From Yuukianura sp. NJ FZ-2021 (Eukaryota), in the NCBI GenBank assembly GCA_046563655.1, contig CM102283.1:4650001-4714000 (forward strand): a DNA stretch of 64,000 nt, read 5' to 3'. Positions within the stretch are counted from its first letter, which is position 1; each line of letters opens with the position of its first letter. The translations under genes were made by a program, and so were the position numbers. Below are positions 38,301 to 49,599 of this stretch, piece by piece. The notes below the pieces were generated by a model. It had not been told where the DNA came from. It worked only from the letters and a program-made list of their open reading frames with translations, and searched no databases.

Positions 38301-38557
38301 CAAGACGCAGATCCTGATGAGGGTGAATTGGTTCTTCCTTTTCTTCTATCACAGCACCTCGTCAACAAGTAAATAAGAAGCAAGAGCAACAGACAGATGA
38401 GAATCAAGGGTGGAATGGATCCTATGATGTTTAGACTTGTCAAGTAGTGGTGGTTGCTCGTGTCAAAGGTCGAGTTTATCCTGTGTAGGCTTGTGTTGAG
38501 ATGTGGCAAGCGATGGAAGAAGATGGTCAGTTTGTTCGGTCTTCCAGACGAATCCAT
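35361..38557 (-). CDS. tty: Tweety-family membrane protein; multi-exon
   Basis: N-terminus FFHRLPHLN...INSTF...LLTRCCDR, LYGNDDLHN, FSVLGLFAV, GDFCISP and TM5 GFDSHAWIY. The last exon, read in a frame not shown in the ORF track, ends NGKYATLNRQCKTLEANDFY* (TGA 35361-35363). Confidence 0.92.
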
Positions 38558-39263
38558 TTTGGCACAGTTGAAACGTTAACTAACTAAACTAACTACACAT
38601 CTATAACAGTAACTTTTTAGACGTCTTCCACCATCACTCCACAGTGACAAACTAACTCTAACTGCTGCTGGTTGTTGGTTGATTGATTAGTGGTTTCCTG
38701 CCTGGAATTGTTTTGGGGTCTCCACTCTTCTGTCGAGTAACATTGAGATTTGAGAAGAGAGAGGAGAGGTTCCGCTCCCCTGTTCGTTGTGGCTATCGAT
38801 CCAGACAAAAGGACTCTTTGTCACCACCACTCCACTTGAACAGAAGGCATACAGACGCTAGGACAAGGACACACGGCTTTGGCTTTCCTAAAGCGACATG
38901 AAATGATGGTTAATGAAGCGCGTACGCCAACGCTTGCTTGTACTGGATGTGCGTAGAGTATGATGTCGTCATCGACTTGTCACCGTCTCTCTTGTCGCAG
39001 TCAAACCTATTGAGAAATTAAAAAACAATAATTAATTACTGGTGGAGTAACTAGATTAAAAATTTCAACATGCAATATGAGCAATGTTTATTTATTTTTA
39101 CAGATCCTAACGGAGCATGATGGTCGCTTTCACTTTCCAGGCTAGGCTCCAGAAGGTAAACATATGAACGGACTTATTAGTATTTATGGTTATGGCTAAA
39201 ACGTTTAAGTTCTTTGTTTTGTACGTAAAAATTGGAAAGACAATTGGGTATAAGTGTAGAGTA

Positions 39264-40018
39264 GTGGACAAGCACCGATTTTCTTGAAATTTTTTTTGTG
39301 AACACCCTATGGACCCCTGATAACGAAAATATAATTTTTTTTGAGGGGTCTCAAAAAAAAAATATTTTTTCGAAATTTTGAAAAAAAAATTTCGAAATTT
39401 TTTTTTGTCTCCGATTTGGCTCAAAATTGGTTTTTAGACTAATTCAAGTGTGCTAAGCACGAATATGAAAGAATTTTTGTTCTAAAATGTAACACAAAAA
39501 AGTTACGAATGTTTAAAGCTATTCCTTCTACGAGGTTAGATAGGTTAGGTGGCTGAGGTAGGTTGGGTTCAAGCAGGCAGCCTTATTTACTCTTTCATTC
39601 TAGTTAGATCAAGTTGTATTTTCCCGCGCCGAAGGCGCGGTGTTAGGTTTGGTTAGATTCACAATAGTGATTATTACTTTCAGTACCAAGTTTTATGGCA
39701 TCACTGATGCCCATACGCAAACTTTAGGTATAAGTTGCCCTTACGTTTCTCATAGTACGATTTCTTAAGAAATTGCGTAACTTATTTGTCTTACATCCTA
39801 GAACAAAAATTCTTTCATATTCGTGCTTAGCACACCTAAATTAGTCTAAAAACCAATTTTGAGCCAAATCGGAGACAAAAAAAATTTCGAAATTTTTTTT
39901 TCAAAATTTCGAAAAAATATTTTTTTTTTGAGACCCCTCAAAAAAAATTATATTTTCGTTATCAGGGGTCCATAGGGTGTTCACAAAAAAAATTTCAAGA
40001 AAATCGGTGCTTGTCCAC
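39264..40018. mobile_element. MITE-like non-autonomous DNA transposon with ~250-bp TIRs
   Basis: GTGGACAAGCACCGATTTTCTTGAAA... is mirrored at ...AAATCGGTGCTTGTCCAC. TAGAGTA flanks both sides, giving a TSD of 7, 5 or 3 bp depending on the boundary. An internal hairpin CCGCGCCGAAGGCGCGG is present. Confidence 0.9.
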
Positions 40019-40186
40019 TAGAGTAAAATTTTTCCGACAATTGATATAATAACCAAGCCAACAAAATAAACGACCCGAATATTGTTTGGATTCAACGAAA
40101 AACAAAATCGGCAAACAGAAAAACAGCGTTTTAAATGGGGCATGCGCAGTAGTAAGTAGTGATACATACTCATTACTCACTCTCAG

Positions 40187-41138
40187 ATGGAGAAACCGCA
40201 GCGTCCCATTCCCGTTTCAAATGTAAGAAGCACGTGGATGGTTCGTTTAATTCCTTTCAACCTTTGACCTTCTGATCTTACATAGTATTTTGTCGTTTGT
40301 CGTAGCAGGAGTCTACGGAACTGCTGTTTGAGAAGCGCGCCTCCTTTCCTTCTGCTTCAGACGACGATGGAGGCAGCGAAACTGAAGCTGACAGTGTACT
40401 GCCCACCCCTTCCAGGTCAAGGTCATTGGCTGGGCTACTGCTTCCTATGCCTACTTCACAAACAAAACGGTACTATTCCTCAGATAAATAGGATTTTTTA
40501 GTTGAGGCGTTGACCGGTTGGATTAAGGTTTACCCGCGCCGTCATTGTGGCCGCACAGTGCTGTATTTATACTGGTTGCAATAGCTACCCCCTGTCGAGG
40601 GCTACAATGCGTGGAAACTTATGTTGCCACATTGCATTAGCTCATACCTAGGTACTAGGTTAGACCGGGTAAATGAGTGTGTGTTGCCACTTGCGACTGA
40701 CCCGTACCGGCTAATTGCAACCACAGAATTTGAGCGTACCGCAGCCGCGATGGTGTCTGCACTGTACGGTTACAATGACAATGGTTAAGCCTTAACATCA
40801 ACCTGCGCCCACCAATCAGGACTGACACGTTGACTGTATAAAAATTGATACGGCACTGGAAACTGGAATATTGTCTTGTAATATTTTCTTACTTTTTATG
40901 CAGTATTCAAGTCCACACGAAACGCTCTGCTGAAAGTACCATGAAGCCTCTGGGTACCGCCAACGCTGTCACTGCCCTTCAATCGATGCAAAAGCAAGCC
41001 GCTGTGCCGTTGCTAATTGGGTCTCCAGAACAGAGTGATCAGATTTTACCTGCACCGCCGCTGAATAACAACAAACCCAAATTCAATTACCAGCGAGTCA
41101 CTGTGTCATCTCTCGCGAAAGTCAAACGAAACAACTGA
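40187..41138 (+). CDS. Predicted 144-aa orphan protein, 3 exons (40187-40222, 40306-40469, 40904-41138)
   Basis: GT-AG introns with consistent phases give MEKPQRPIPVSN-QESTELLFEK...QTKR-IQVHTKR...KVKRNN*. An NRF1/EWG-like GCATGCGCAG lies at 40140. No family recognised. Confidence 0.55.
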
Positions 41139-41457
41139 AAAACATTCCCAATCCTTAAAAATTCGAAATTGTTAAACAGATTTATAAAATTGCAAGAAGT
41201 TTGAAGGACAATTCACAACTTGATGATGATAATGCTGCGTCCCCGTGTGAGAATTTAGAAGGAATTTGTGGAGTTTTTTAAGTTGACTACTTGACACTAA
41301 CCTCATTATTGGGTTCAGATTTAGAATTCCAATGTAAGTACACTAGAAGTTAGTAATTTCAACTAGTATACCAACACTCCAATTTCCTACGTCCATCAAG
41401 TGACGTCAAAGTTTAACTCCAGTCTATATATCTTGAACTTCTCCATAATTTTAGCTT

Positions 41458-41874
41458 TTATTGCCCTGGTTGTGTCTGTGCAATGAGCAGCTCATTTTGG
41501 ACCATTTGCATCTCTTGGAATCGCTGAGAAACCCGATGATTCGTCTTCAGATACTTTTCTACACATGCTGTACTGCATCTGTCTTCTTTATCCTTGATGC
41601 TGTAAACGAAAAATCGAAAAATGATTCAAAATATTAATAACCGTCATTGTAAGTGTTCCTTTCCGAAGAACACCAGCGTTAACAACAATGTAGCGGAGGA
41701 ATATTCCAATAGAAGATATGAGAAACCTTACCTTCGTGTAGTGAAGTCCCAAATACAGGCACGAAAGCAAACCTCTGACACTCGATTGTAGTTTTGTAAA
41801 AAGTCACGAAACGTTTTGACTTGAGCGGAATCTAGAGCATTGATGTCTACTTGCGGCATTGCTGCACCAGCCAT
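41458..41874 (-). CDS. TIMM9: Mitochondrial small Tim chaperone Tim9 (94 aa; exons 41874-41732, 41599-41458)
   Basis: Manual splicing gives MAGAAMPQ...QVKTFRDFLQNYNRVSEVCFRACIWDFTTRSIKDKEDRCSTACVEKYLKTNHRVSQRFQE, with a twin CX3C motif. Not shown in the ORF track. Confidence 0.93.
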
Positions 41875-42638
41875 TTTTGCAGGTATTTCTGAAAAAAATG
41901 AAACTTAAGATTTTGAAAGGAACGATCTTGTTCTTGATCATCCAAACTTACGTTGTTGTTAAATTGTGTTGTGTCTCTGTGTGTGTGGAGATAATCTTTG
42001 TGGTAAACACAATTATCCAAGTACGCGACGCTGATTTACTAACCTACGAATTTATTTTATTCGTTTCAACAATTTAATTAACCAAACGTGAATTCTTTTA
42101 AAAAATAGGTTGGAAGTGTAATGTAAACAAATTGCTTGGGCAAAAAGAGTCTACGGCGAAAGAAATTGCAAATTGGGTTGAGGCAAGGTTTACGGACCTT
42201 CATTGAGTCGTCCCCCCAGTTTAGTGCGTACAGTGGATGGCGATTTATGACAAACTATGTTGCCAAGCCACTTTCAGTTAGGTTTGGTTTAACTTTATGT
42301 GCTGAAATTGCTACTCTAATGTAGCCACCTTGTAACCGTGTAGGGAATTGTGGCTACGCTTTGCGACTACAATGACGATCGTTAATCCTTAGCTTACCCG
42401 CAAACTTGACTTTGTTTTGATTTGTAAAGTTCAAAGTTTCCGAGGATTAGTGCACCCTATATTAGAAAAAACCAGAAACAAACAGCTGATTTTTTTTGGA
42501 TTACATCTTTACATTACACCTACCTTAATAAAAAAAATAAATAAAAATTGAAGCGAGGACCTATTCAATTAAATACAATTTGGATTGGGACAATACTTGA
42601 ATTCTTAAGTTACACTCTATTCTTAATTATTTGGATCC

Positions 42639-43216
42639 ATGTCAACTGGAGGAGGCAATTACTACTTTGTAATCGTTGGACACCATGATAATCCTCTTTT
42701 CGAAATGGAGTTTTCTCCTACTGCTAAAGACGTCAAGGTAATTGATTTCAATCACCGGTACGATAATTACAACTTATCGCGCTGTCTAACTTTCTTTGTT
42801 TCCTAGCGTGAGGATCACAGCTATTTGAATCAATTTATCGCCCATGCAGCTCTTGACCTCATTGATGAACACGTCTGGAAGACAAACAACATGAACCTGA
42901 AGATTGTGGACAAATTCAACGACTGGTTCGTATCAGCCTTCGTTACCGGGTCACAAATAAGATTTGTTATGCTCCATGATCTCAAGAACGAGGATGGGAT
43001 AAAGAGCTTCTTTTGGGAAATCTTCGAAATGTACATCAAAGTGAGTAATCTCCCTCACACATAAACCAACAACATGCTGAAGTCAACCGTAATTCTAAAT
43101 TGTTTGTCTTTTCCTAGTATTCCATGAATCCGTTCTATGTCCAAAACACGAAGATCATAAGTCCAACATTCGAGAAGAAAGCGTCGTTGTATGGGAGAAA
43201 GTATTTAGTTGGCTAA
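42639..43216 (+). CDS. TRAPPC2: TRAPP complex subunit 2 (sedlin), 143 aa; exons 42639-42737, 42807-43040, 43118-43216
   Basis: [51 protein letters not shown] and MNPFY. Confidence 0.96.
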
Positions 43217-43629
43217 ACTGTCTATTAACTTACCCTGACCATAATAACCGTTTGAATAATGACTGTTGACTAATTAGGTATTACTCATTATAAACTTTCT
43301 AAACTTATTCATAAAAGTGTTTTTGTCAAGTAATAAGCTCTGCAGATAATAATAATTTCATAATAATATGTATTTCAAACATCAACTTAAAATAGTACAG
43401 AGACATCTTAGTATTTCATTTAGGTAAATAACAGATATGGGATAGTACTCAACTTTACAAAACACGGAATACAATTTTAGGACAATTTTAGCCTTCTAAA
43501 AAGTCAAATTAGTCTGAAGATCCTTCCATTAAGTTCAAGAGTTAAATAGCTACTTTAAATTAAGTGAATAAGGTAAATCCATAAGAAATTCAACGTCAGT
43601 TTTCTCAAAGTCATGCAATCCAAGCAAGT

Positions 43630-45406
43630 TTAGTGGTATGATGGACGCTTCCGAGCAGCCGGAGTTGGCGGTGTGGCTGGTGTAGATGCCACTGGAACGG
43701 GCTTGGTTGATACGAAACGATCGCACGGCCGAACTCGAACCCGAAGTCTAGTCGACTTCAAATTCTGAACCAACAAGTTCGGGTTGGACTGCCGAAGCTT
43801 CTTACGAGACTCGCTTTTGCAGAAGACTTCAGGAAGTCCATCACTGCGGAAATATTTAGAGATCGTCAGCTACATTTGATTTGCTCATTTATCAATGAAT
43901 GATCTAATGATCAGTATTTACTGATCATTCATTGAGTTTAAAAAAAAAACTCACCGTTCCTCCAATTCGACAGACAAGTGCTGGAATATGGTGATAACTT
44001 CAATTGGAGACAGAATGAACTTGGGAACGACTTGGAGAGCAAATTCCTTGGGCGACATCAACGTAAATCTAACCAGAGCGAGAGCATCACTCAATACGGA
44101 GCGCAAGTTCTCCGAAGTGTCTTTCATATCCTGTCGCTCGCACTCGTGTTGTGCCCATCTACGAAAAGTAAATGAAACAAATATAAAGAATTGAGATTAC
44201 CCTTCGTAAAGAAAAAAATGCCGTATAATTATACCGTAAAACGGCGTTGAAAAAGTCCAATTCGGAAATGTTAATTTCATCCTGATCCAGGAACTTGCAG
44301 AGGTTGGAGAATGTAATGTTGAGGAAGTCATCAGTTTTAGCCACAGCCCAGAAGTTGCTGTAAAAATGTAAGTGCCATGTTAGTCATGAATTCTGGTCAG
44401 TAAAAATGTAATCATCGAATCGAACCGATGAGAGAAAGTTAAGATTCAGGGCGAATTTACCACGTACTTCAAGAGAAAGTCGAAAGCAGCATCCTCCAAA
44501 TGCTTTTCCTGGAATAGTTGGGCTGCTTGATAGAATGTAATTGCTGAAAATGAAAACAAAAGATAGTTTCTGCAGCTTAAAAAGAGCATTATCGCGCTTA
44601 GCTTTATCAATGTTAATGTTAGAACTTACGACATCTAGAAAAACTCAATAAAAGTTACCATTCTTTTCAGTCAAATTCCGCTTCAGAAATTCACCCGTCC
44701 TGGCCAAGAGTTCTGGAACATCGAAGGCTCTGGCTGCCCGCATAACTCCAATAGCATTCCAAAGACTCACATCAAAAACACTGGTGTATAAAAACTGAAA
44801 AAGACAAGAGGAATGACGACAGACTCGGTGAGATTCCTAACCTATGATTAAGTCACTTTTGTTGTTACAGTTGAATTTCAGTACCTTGAGCATAGCTTTG
44901 AATGCACTCGGCTCCTGATCAGTGAATTCGTAGACTTCGTCCGTCTTCGGTTCATTTTCAGTTCCAGCTCCAAAGAAGAGCTCTTCGAAGACGGAAGAAC
45001 AAATGCCCAAAATCGTTTTATGCCCAGTTATCTCCTCCTTGTCATCTCCCACCAAGAAAACTGCGTCATGAAACAAGCGCCGATTTTCCAGTGCGAATGC
45101 CATCTTCTCAGCCGTGTTAGAGCAAGTGTTGCGCCATTGAGTATTGAACGGAGGGGGTGAAGACGGCTTTTGCGCGTCTTCTGTCTCCATTCCCTCAGCA
45201 GTTCCATCTCCATTAACCCCGTCTCCATTGGGTACTGGAACGCCTTCAGTCTTCACTTCACTCGGTGCATGAACAACTTGAGTAGCCTCTTCATCAGAAT
45301 CACCCAATTCCACCATTTCCTTGGCTCCGTCCACTTCCTCCGTATCCGACAAAACCACGGCTCCAGAATCATCCAGTTCCGACATATTAAAAACGGGATT
45401 TGACAT
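43630..45406 (-). CDS. BTB/POZ-BACK protein (BTBD1/2/3/6-like, no PHR domain seen); multi-exon
   Basis: BTB region HDAVFLVG...HKTILGICSSVFEELF and BACK region ISELDFFNAVLRWAQHECER...LVRFTLMSPKEFA. Stop TAA at 43630-43632. Confidence 0.88.
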
Positions 45407-47152
45407 TCCTCAACCTGTGAATCACAAATAAAGACCCAAGAGTTACTAATGCAACACATCCTGAATGAAAATATCACATCATTCATTACATCAGTCGGCT
45501 GGGCTTTATAGAACGGGCCGGTCCCGGCGGGATCCACTATGATAGGAAAACATTATTACGAAAAACCTACCTGAGTATGAATTGAATTAAAAGTTGATGA
45601 TATATCTCCGGTGCTTTCTGTCAATAAGCAGTGTTTAGGTCAACCTGCTAAACGGGTAGTAACTCGCAAATTAATTAAAACCTTCGGCAAAGGGCAAAAC
45701 AATAACCTCCGAAAGAGTTCACCTCGGAGTCGAAACAAGGGAAACGAATTGTGAATGGAGAAGATGAGATGCTTGTTATTACTCCGCTACCGCTTAGTCC
45801 GCTACATGGCGGCGGGTGGGAGGATTAGATTAGCATTCGAGGGAAAACGCGGGATGAATAAGGGATATAGGAGTCAGAAGAGGCGGACGCAGAATCCGGG
45901 TTGCATGTTGATATATTCATGTCTTCTAAAAATAGACAACTGCACCACCTCGTAGGTAAGTTGTGGTAACTTATTGTTCCTCTAGTAATAACTAGTGATA
46001 TCAAATACCTCCATATCGTCTTCACAAATAAGTGCGAGAATTATTCTGGAATTTCGACACTTACAAACAATTTTGCAACTTCCAGTGTGCGCATACTAAT
46101 TTCCCATTCGTGTTTACTTTATTATTTTTCCTAGGAATAGTGCATATGTCTGCTCAGAATTAAAAGTACATAGATAGCTTTAGCTACTATGTACGATATA
46201 CCCCGGCGTTTTGTACAGTCCCACCCTCTATTCCCGCTCCAATATAACCAAGTACAGACTGACACCACCAGATGACAACCTTTGTCCAAGTGACGCTACG
46301 CTAATGCTGTAAATAAAAGGCAAAAGTCAAGTTAAACACAAAATTAAAAACGGAAACGGTGTTTTCTTGTCTGCATTTATTGTTACTACTTATCAATTGC
46401 TAATTAATAAAAAAAATACTTTCTTCAATTGATTCGATTTTATAGTATGTCTCTTTAGAAGGAGGTTTTTCAAAGAGTAGTCTTATTTTATGGATCACAT
46501 CGAATTTATCATTTTTTTGTGAATTTTGTATGCAAACTTAATAGAGAAAGTTTTTGGAAAACCAAGTTTTTCCATAAGGGTCGCTCGCAAAGGAAGCCAA
46601 AAAAGCATCGAAAAAAAGATCCGCCTTCTAAAAACAGATAATCTATAATTTTGAAAATCCAAAATCCGAAGGTCATTGTATCGTTTCGATTCGTAATATC
46701 ATCCAATTTGGAATTCCCAAAAGTTTTATCATTAGAAAAAGTGAGTTGATGCACAAAAGACTCCATCAATTGAACTGGACAACTTAAGTCACTGGATAGA
46801 TACTGGAATGACTACGTAATTCATCACATACAATTTTAATTTTAGTACCCCACTATAAACCACGCTTGCACAGACGCCCTCGCGACATTTCCCTAACCAC
46901 CTCCTTACCTTTCCAAATTCCAATTCGATTGTGGTTCAGTTCCCGTAATAAAAACCCGTTTTTCCTTATCCCCTATATAATTTACAATACTAACCCGTTC
47001 ATCTGTCATCCCAGGCTGGGAGCTGGGAACATCCCAAACATCACACTCACTCGTCGGTTTTCATTTCACCATTGCGTGTTTTAGATGTTTCTCTCACGTC
47101 ACAGTTCCGTGTTTGTGTTCTGAGAGTCTCGGAACAGAGTTCAGCACTTTTG

Positions 47153-47400
47153 CTCCGCTCCCATGCACCCGCTCCCCGATCTTTCGCCCTAAGCCGCCGC
47201 TCTGACTTTCTCCGCTCCCCGCTCTTTGGCCTTTCCCCCCGCTCTGTCTTTTTCCGCTCCCCGCTCTTTGGCCTTTTCTCCCGCTCTGTCTTTTTCCGCT
47301 CCTCGCTCTTTTGCCTTTCCCTCCGCTCTGTCTGGCTCCGCTCCCCGCTCTCCGAGTCCATTCTCCGCTCCCAAGCGATCTTTTTCCGCTCTCCGATCCC
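47153..47400. repeat. 42-bp CCGCTC-rich minisatellite, copy 1
   Basis: Unit approximately CCGCTCTGTCTTTTTCCGCTCCCCGCTCTTTGGCCTTTCCC, ~5 degenerate units. Confidence 0.9.
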
Positions 47401-47475
47401 AACCCCATAATTACACCTAAATGCTGCACTGTTAAAGCTATACTAAGTTAAATCGTAACCAATCAAAAAACCTTT

Positions 47476-47905
47476 GGCGACATTTAGTGAAATTTGCTTA
47501 GGCGACACCACCACCAGTATTTCTTTCTGCAAGAAATTTTGACCTTGTCGACATTTCTACTAACAGCACTTCGTGGTACTGGTACATTGTATAAATGTTC
47601 ACTTCGGCAATATTTTAGTTTGAAAGATGCGGAATCTCGACGACATTTGAATAGACGGTATTTCATTCAGCGACATTTATTTGGGACACCACGGCGACAC
47701 GTAGACGTAGCGACATTTACCACAGCGACAATTACCTCGGCGACATTGATGCGGAAGTTTCAGGGGACGACAACGCGGATTCATTCAGGTCGCATGTGAG
47801 AGGTGACATGGCTTGAAGTCACTCATGTTGACAACATATTGTGGCGACCTTTCCTTGATGTGACAATATGACATATTTGGAGTTGACATTTGACTTGTGC
47901 GACAT
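47476..47905. repeat. Degenerate GCGACATT-motif array
   Basis: More than 12 CGACA/TGACA motifs, with 15-bp spacing at ~47710-47746. Confidence 0.65.
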
Positions 47906-48083
47906 ATCCCTCTAAAGCATTTACTCCGGTGATAGGTGTGTAACCGTCAATTGATTATGTTGTATGCCACAGAAACAACTTAAGAGATCAAAAAGTAAAT
48001 AGTAGTAACTGTGCTTTAAAACTTGCGGCTTTAAATCTTCCCTGGATTTTGCCGTTCCGAAAAACCTCACCTCGGCACTTTTC

Positions 48084-48330
48084 TTCCGCTCCCAAGCACC
48101 CGCTCCCCGATCTTTTGCCCTAAGCCCCCGCTCTGACTTTTTCCGCTCCCCGCTCTTTGGGCTTCCCTTCCGCTCTCACTTTTTCCGCTCCCCGCTCTTT
48201 GGGCTTCTTCTCCGCTCTGACTTTTTCCGCTCCCCGATCTCTGGCCCTACCTTCCGCTCTGGCTGGCTCCGCTCTCCGATCGCGATCGGAGAGCGGGGAA
48301 TGCAGGAGCGGAGAGCGGGGATCGGAGAAG
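48084..48330. repeat. 42-bp CCGCTC-rich minisatellite, copy 2, ending in a palindrome
   Basis: Same unit as 47153-47400. It ends in CCGCTCTCCGATCGCGATCGGAGAGCGG followed by inverted GAGCGG units. Confidence 0.88.
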
Positions 48331-48427
48331 TGCCGAGCTATGTCTCGGAATACTCCGCACTCCGACGTCCGACAGGTCATAGGCTCTTATTGACCTCATT
48401 TCTTCTTGTTCTCATCCAGGCAACAAA

Positions 48428-49175
48428 ATGATCTCTACTGGTTGTGCATTCCTGGTCGCCTACATCCTCCTGGACGTCCACTACTTCATTCGTGGAACAC
48501 TTGCCTTCGTCACAGCCAAGTTCCGGAAACGTCTCAAGTCGCCCCTCGATTCATCTGCCGTATACGGTACGAACAACTAAACTACTCTTCTAACGTCAAT
48601 TGAAACGGATCAAATTCTTAATCAGTTTCTGTCATCTCATCTATAGGAATCTGTCTACCCTCAGATGCGGACTTGTTCCTTGTGCACATGAACAATGGTC
48701 GTTACTTAAGAGAGTTCGACTTTGGAAGATTTGACCTCTTCACAAGAAATGGAACTTTTCGGGAAATCTTTAAACGGGGAGGCAGCTTTCCCGTGGCGGC
48801 ACTCACGGTTCGCTACCGCCAACAGCTATATGTTTTCTCTCCGTACAAAGTACATTTCTAATCTTGAGTAATAATTAGTAGTCCAATTAATCAACGAAAT
48901 AACGTAATTGATTCGAATTCCAGGTTGTAACGACACCACTATGGTGGGATGAGAAGTTCCTATACTTGGATCAGCGGATTGTTACTCTCTCAGACAACAT
49001 TGTGCGTTGTGTGGGGGTCGTCAAACTGGCTGTGCTCAAAGTCAACTACGAGGAACTGATCAACACAATGTTTCCAGGAACAGTGAAACCCGAACTGACC
49101 GAGTACCTGAAAACCTGGATCAAAGCAAATGAACTGTCTAGTGAAAACATGAAAATAGAAACGAAGGAGAACTGA
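48428..49175 (+). CDS. THEM6: Thioesterase superfamily member 6 (hotdog fold); 3 exons
   Basis: LLDVHYFIR, GICLPSDADLFLVHMNNGRYLREFDFGRFD, TVRYR, WWDEKFLYLDQR and WIKANELSS. Confidence 0.92.
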
Positions 49176-49599
49176 CCATCAAAACGAAGCTATAATTGTT
49201 TGTAAGCGCATAACAATTTATTCACAGAATAAATTTCTTTTATTCTTCAAAATAAATTACTAGTCAGCTCAAAGGGGATATTCATCTGATCATCTGAGTA
49301 AAGTAAAACAAAATAAACTGTCAGTGTCAGTGTCACCTTTCGTCATACAGCACTGCGACAACTTCAAACAAATGCGCAAATTCCGTCCAGTAAGTTTCAA
49401 CGTTACTTACGTGCAAACTAACTTACTTGTAGTCTTAACTTTAGGAACCCATTTTCAGTTTTGGTAAGATCACAAAGTTGAGAACGCAGCGTCCATTAGC
49501 AGCAAAGTCTACACACATTTTTGGTTTTCCTTTGGTGTCATCAGATTTTTCCTATTCGAATGTAACCAACTCACCGTCATTTGCTAATGCTGATAAGTT

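Noticed and set aside
47047-47429. Repetitive Arg/Glu/Ser-rich ORFs (also 48120-48393, 25689-25960 and 12311-12738)
   Set aside because: They are open in several frames on both strands because of stop-poor minisatellites.
47476-47905. Repeat-spacer array based on GCGACATT
   Set aside because: The motif is too short and irregularly spaced; it fits a decayed ~15-bp minisatellite.
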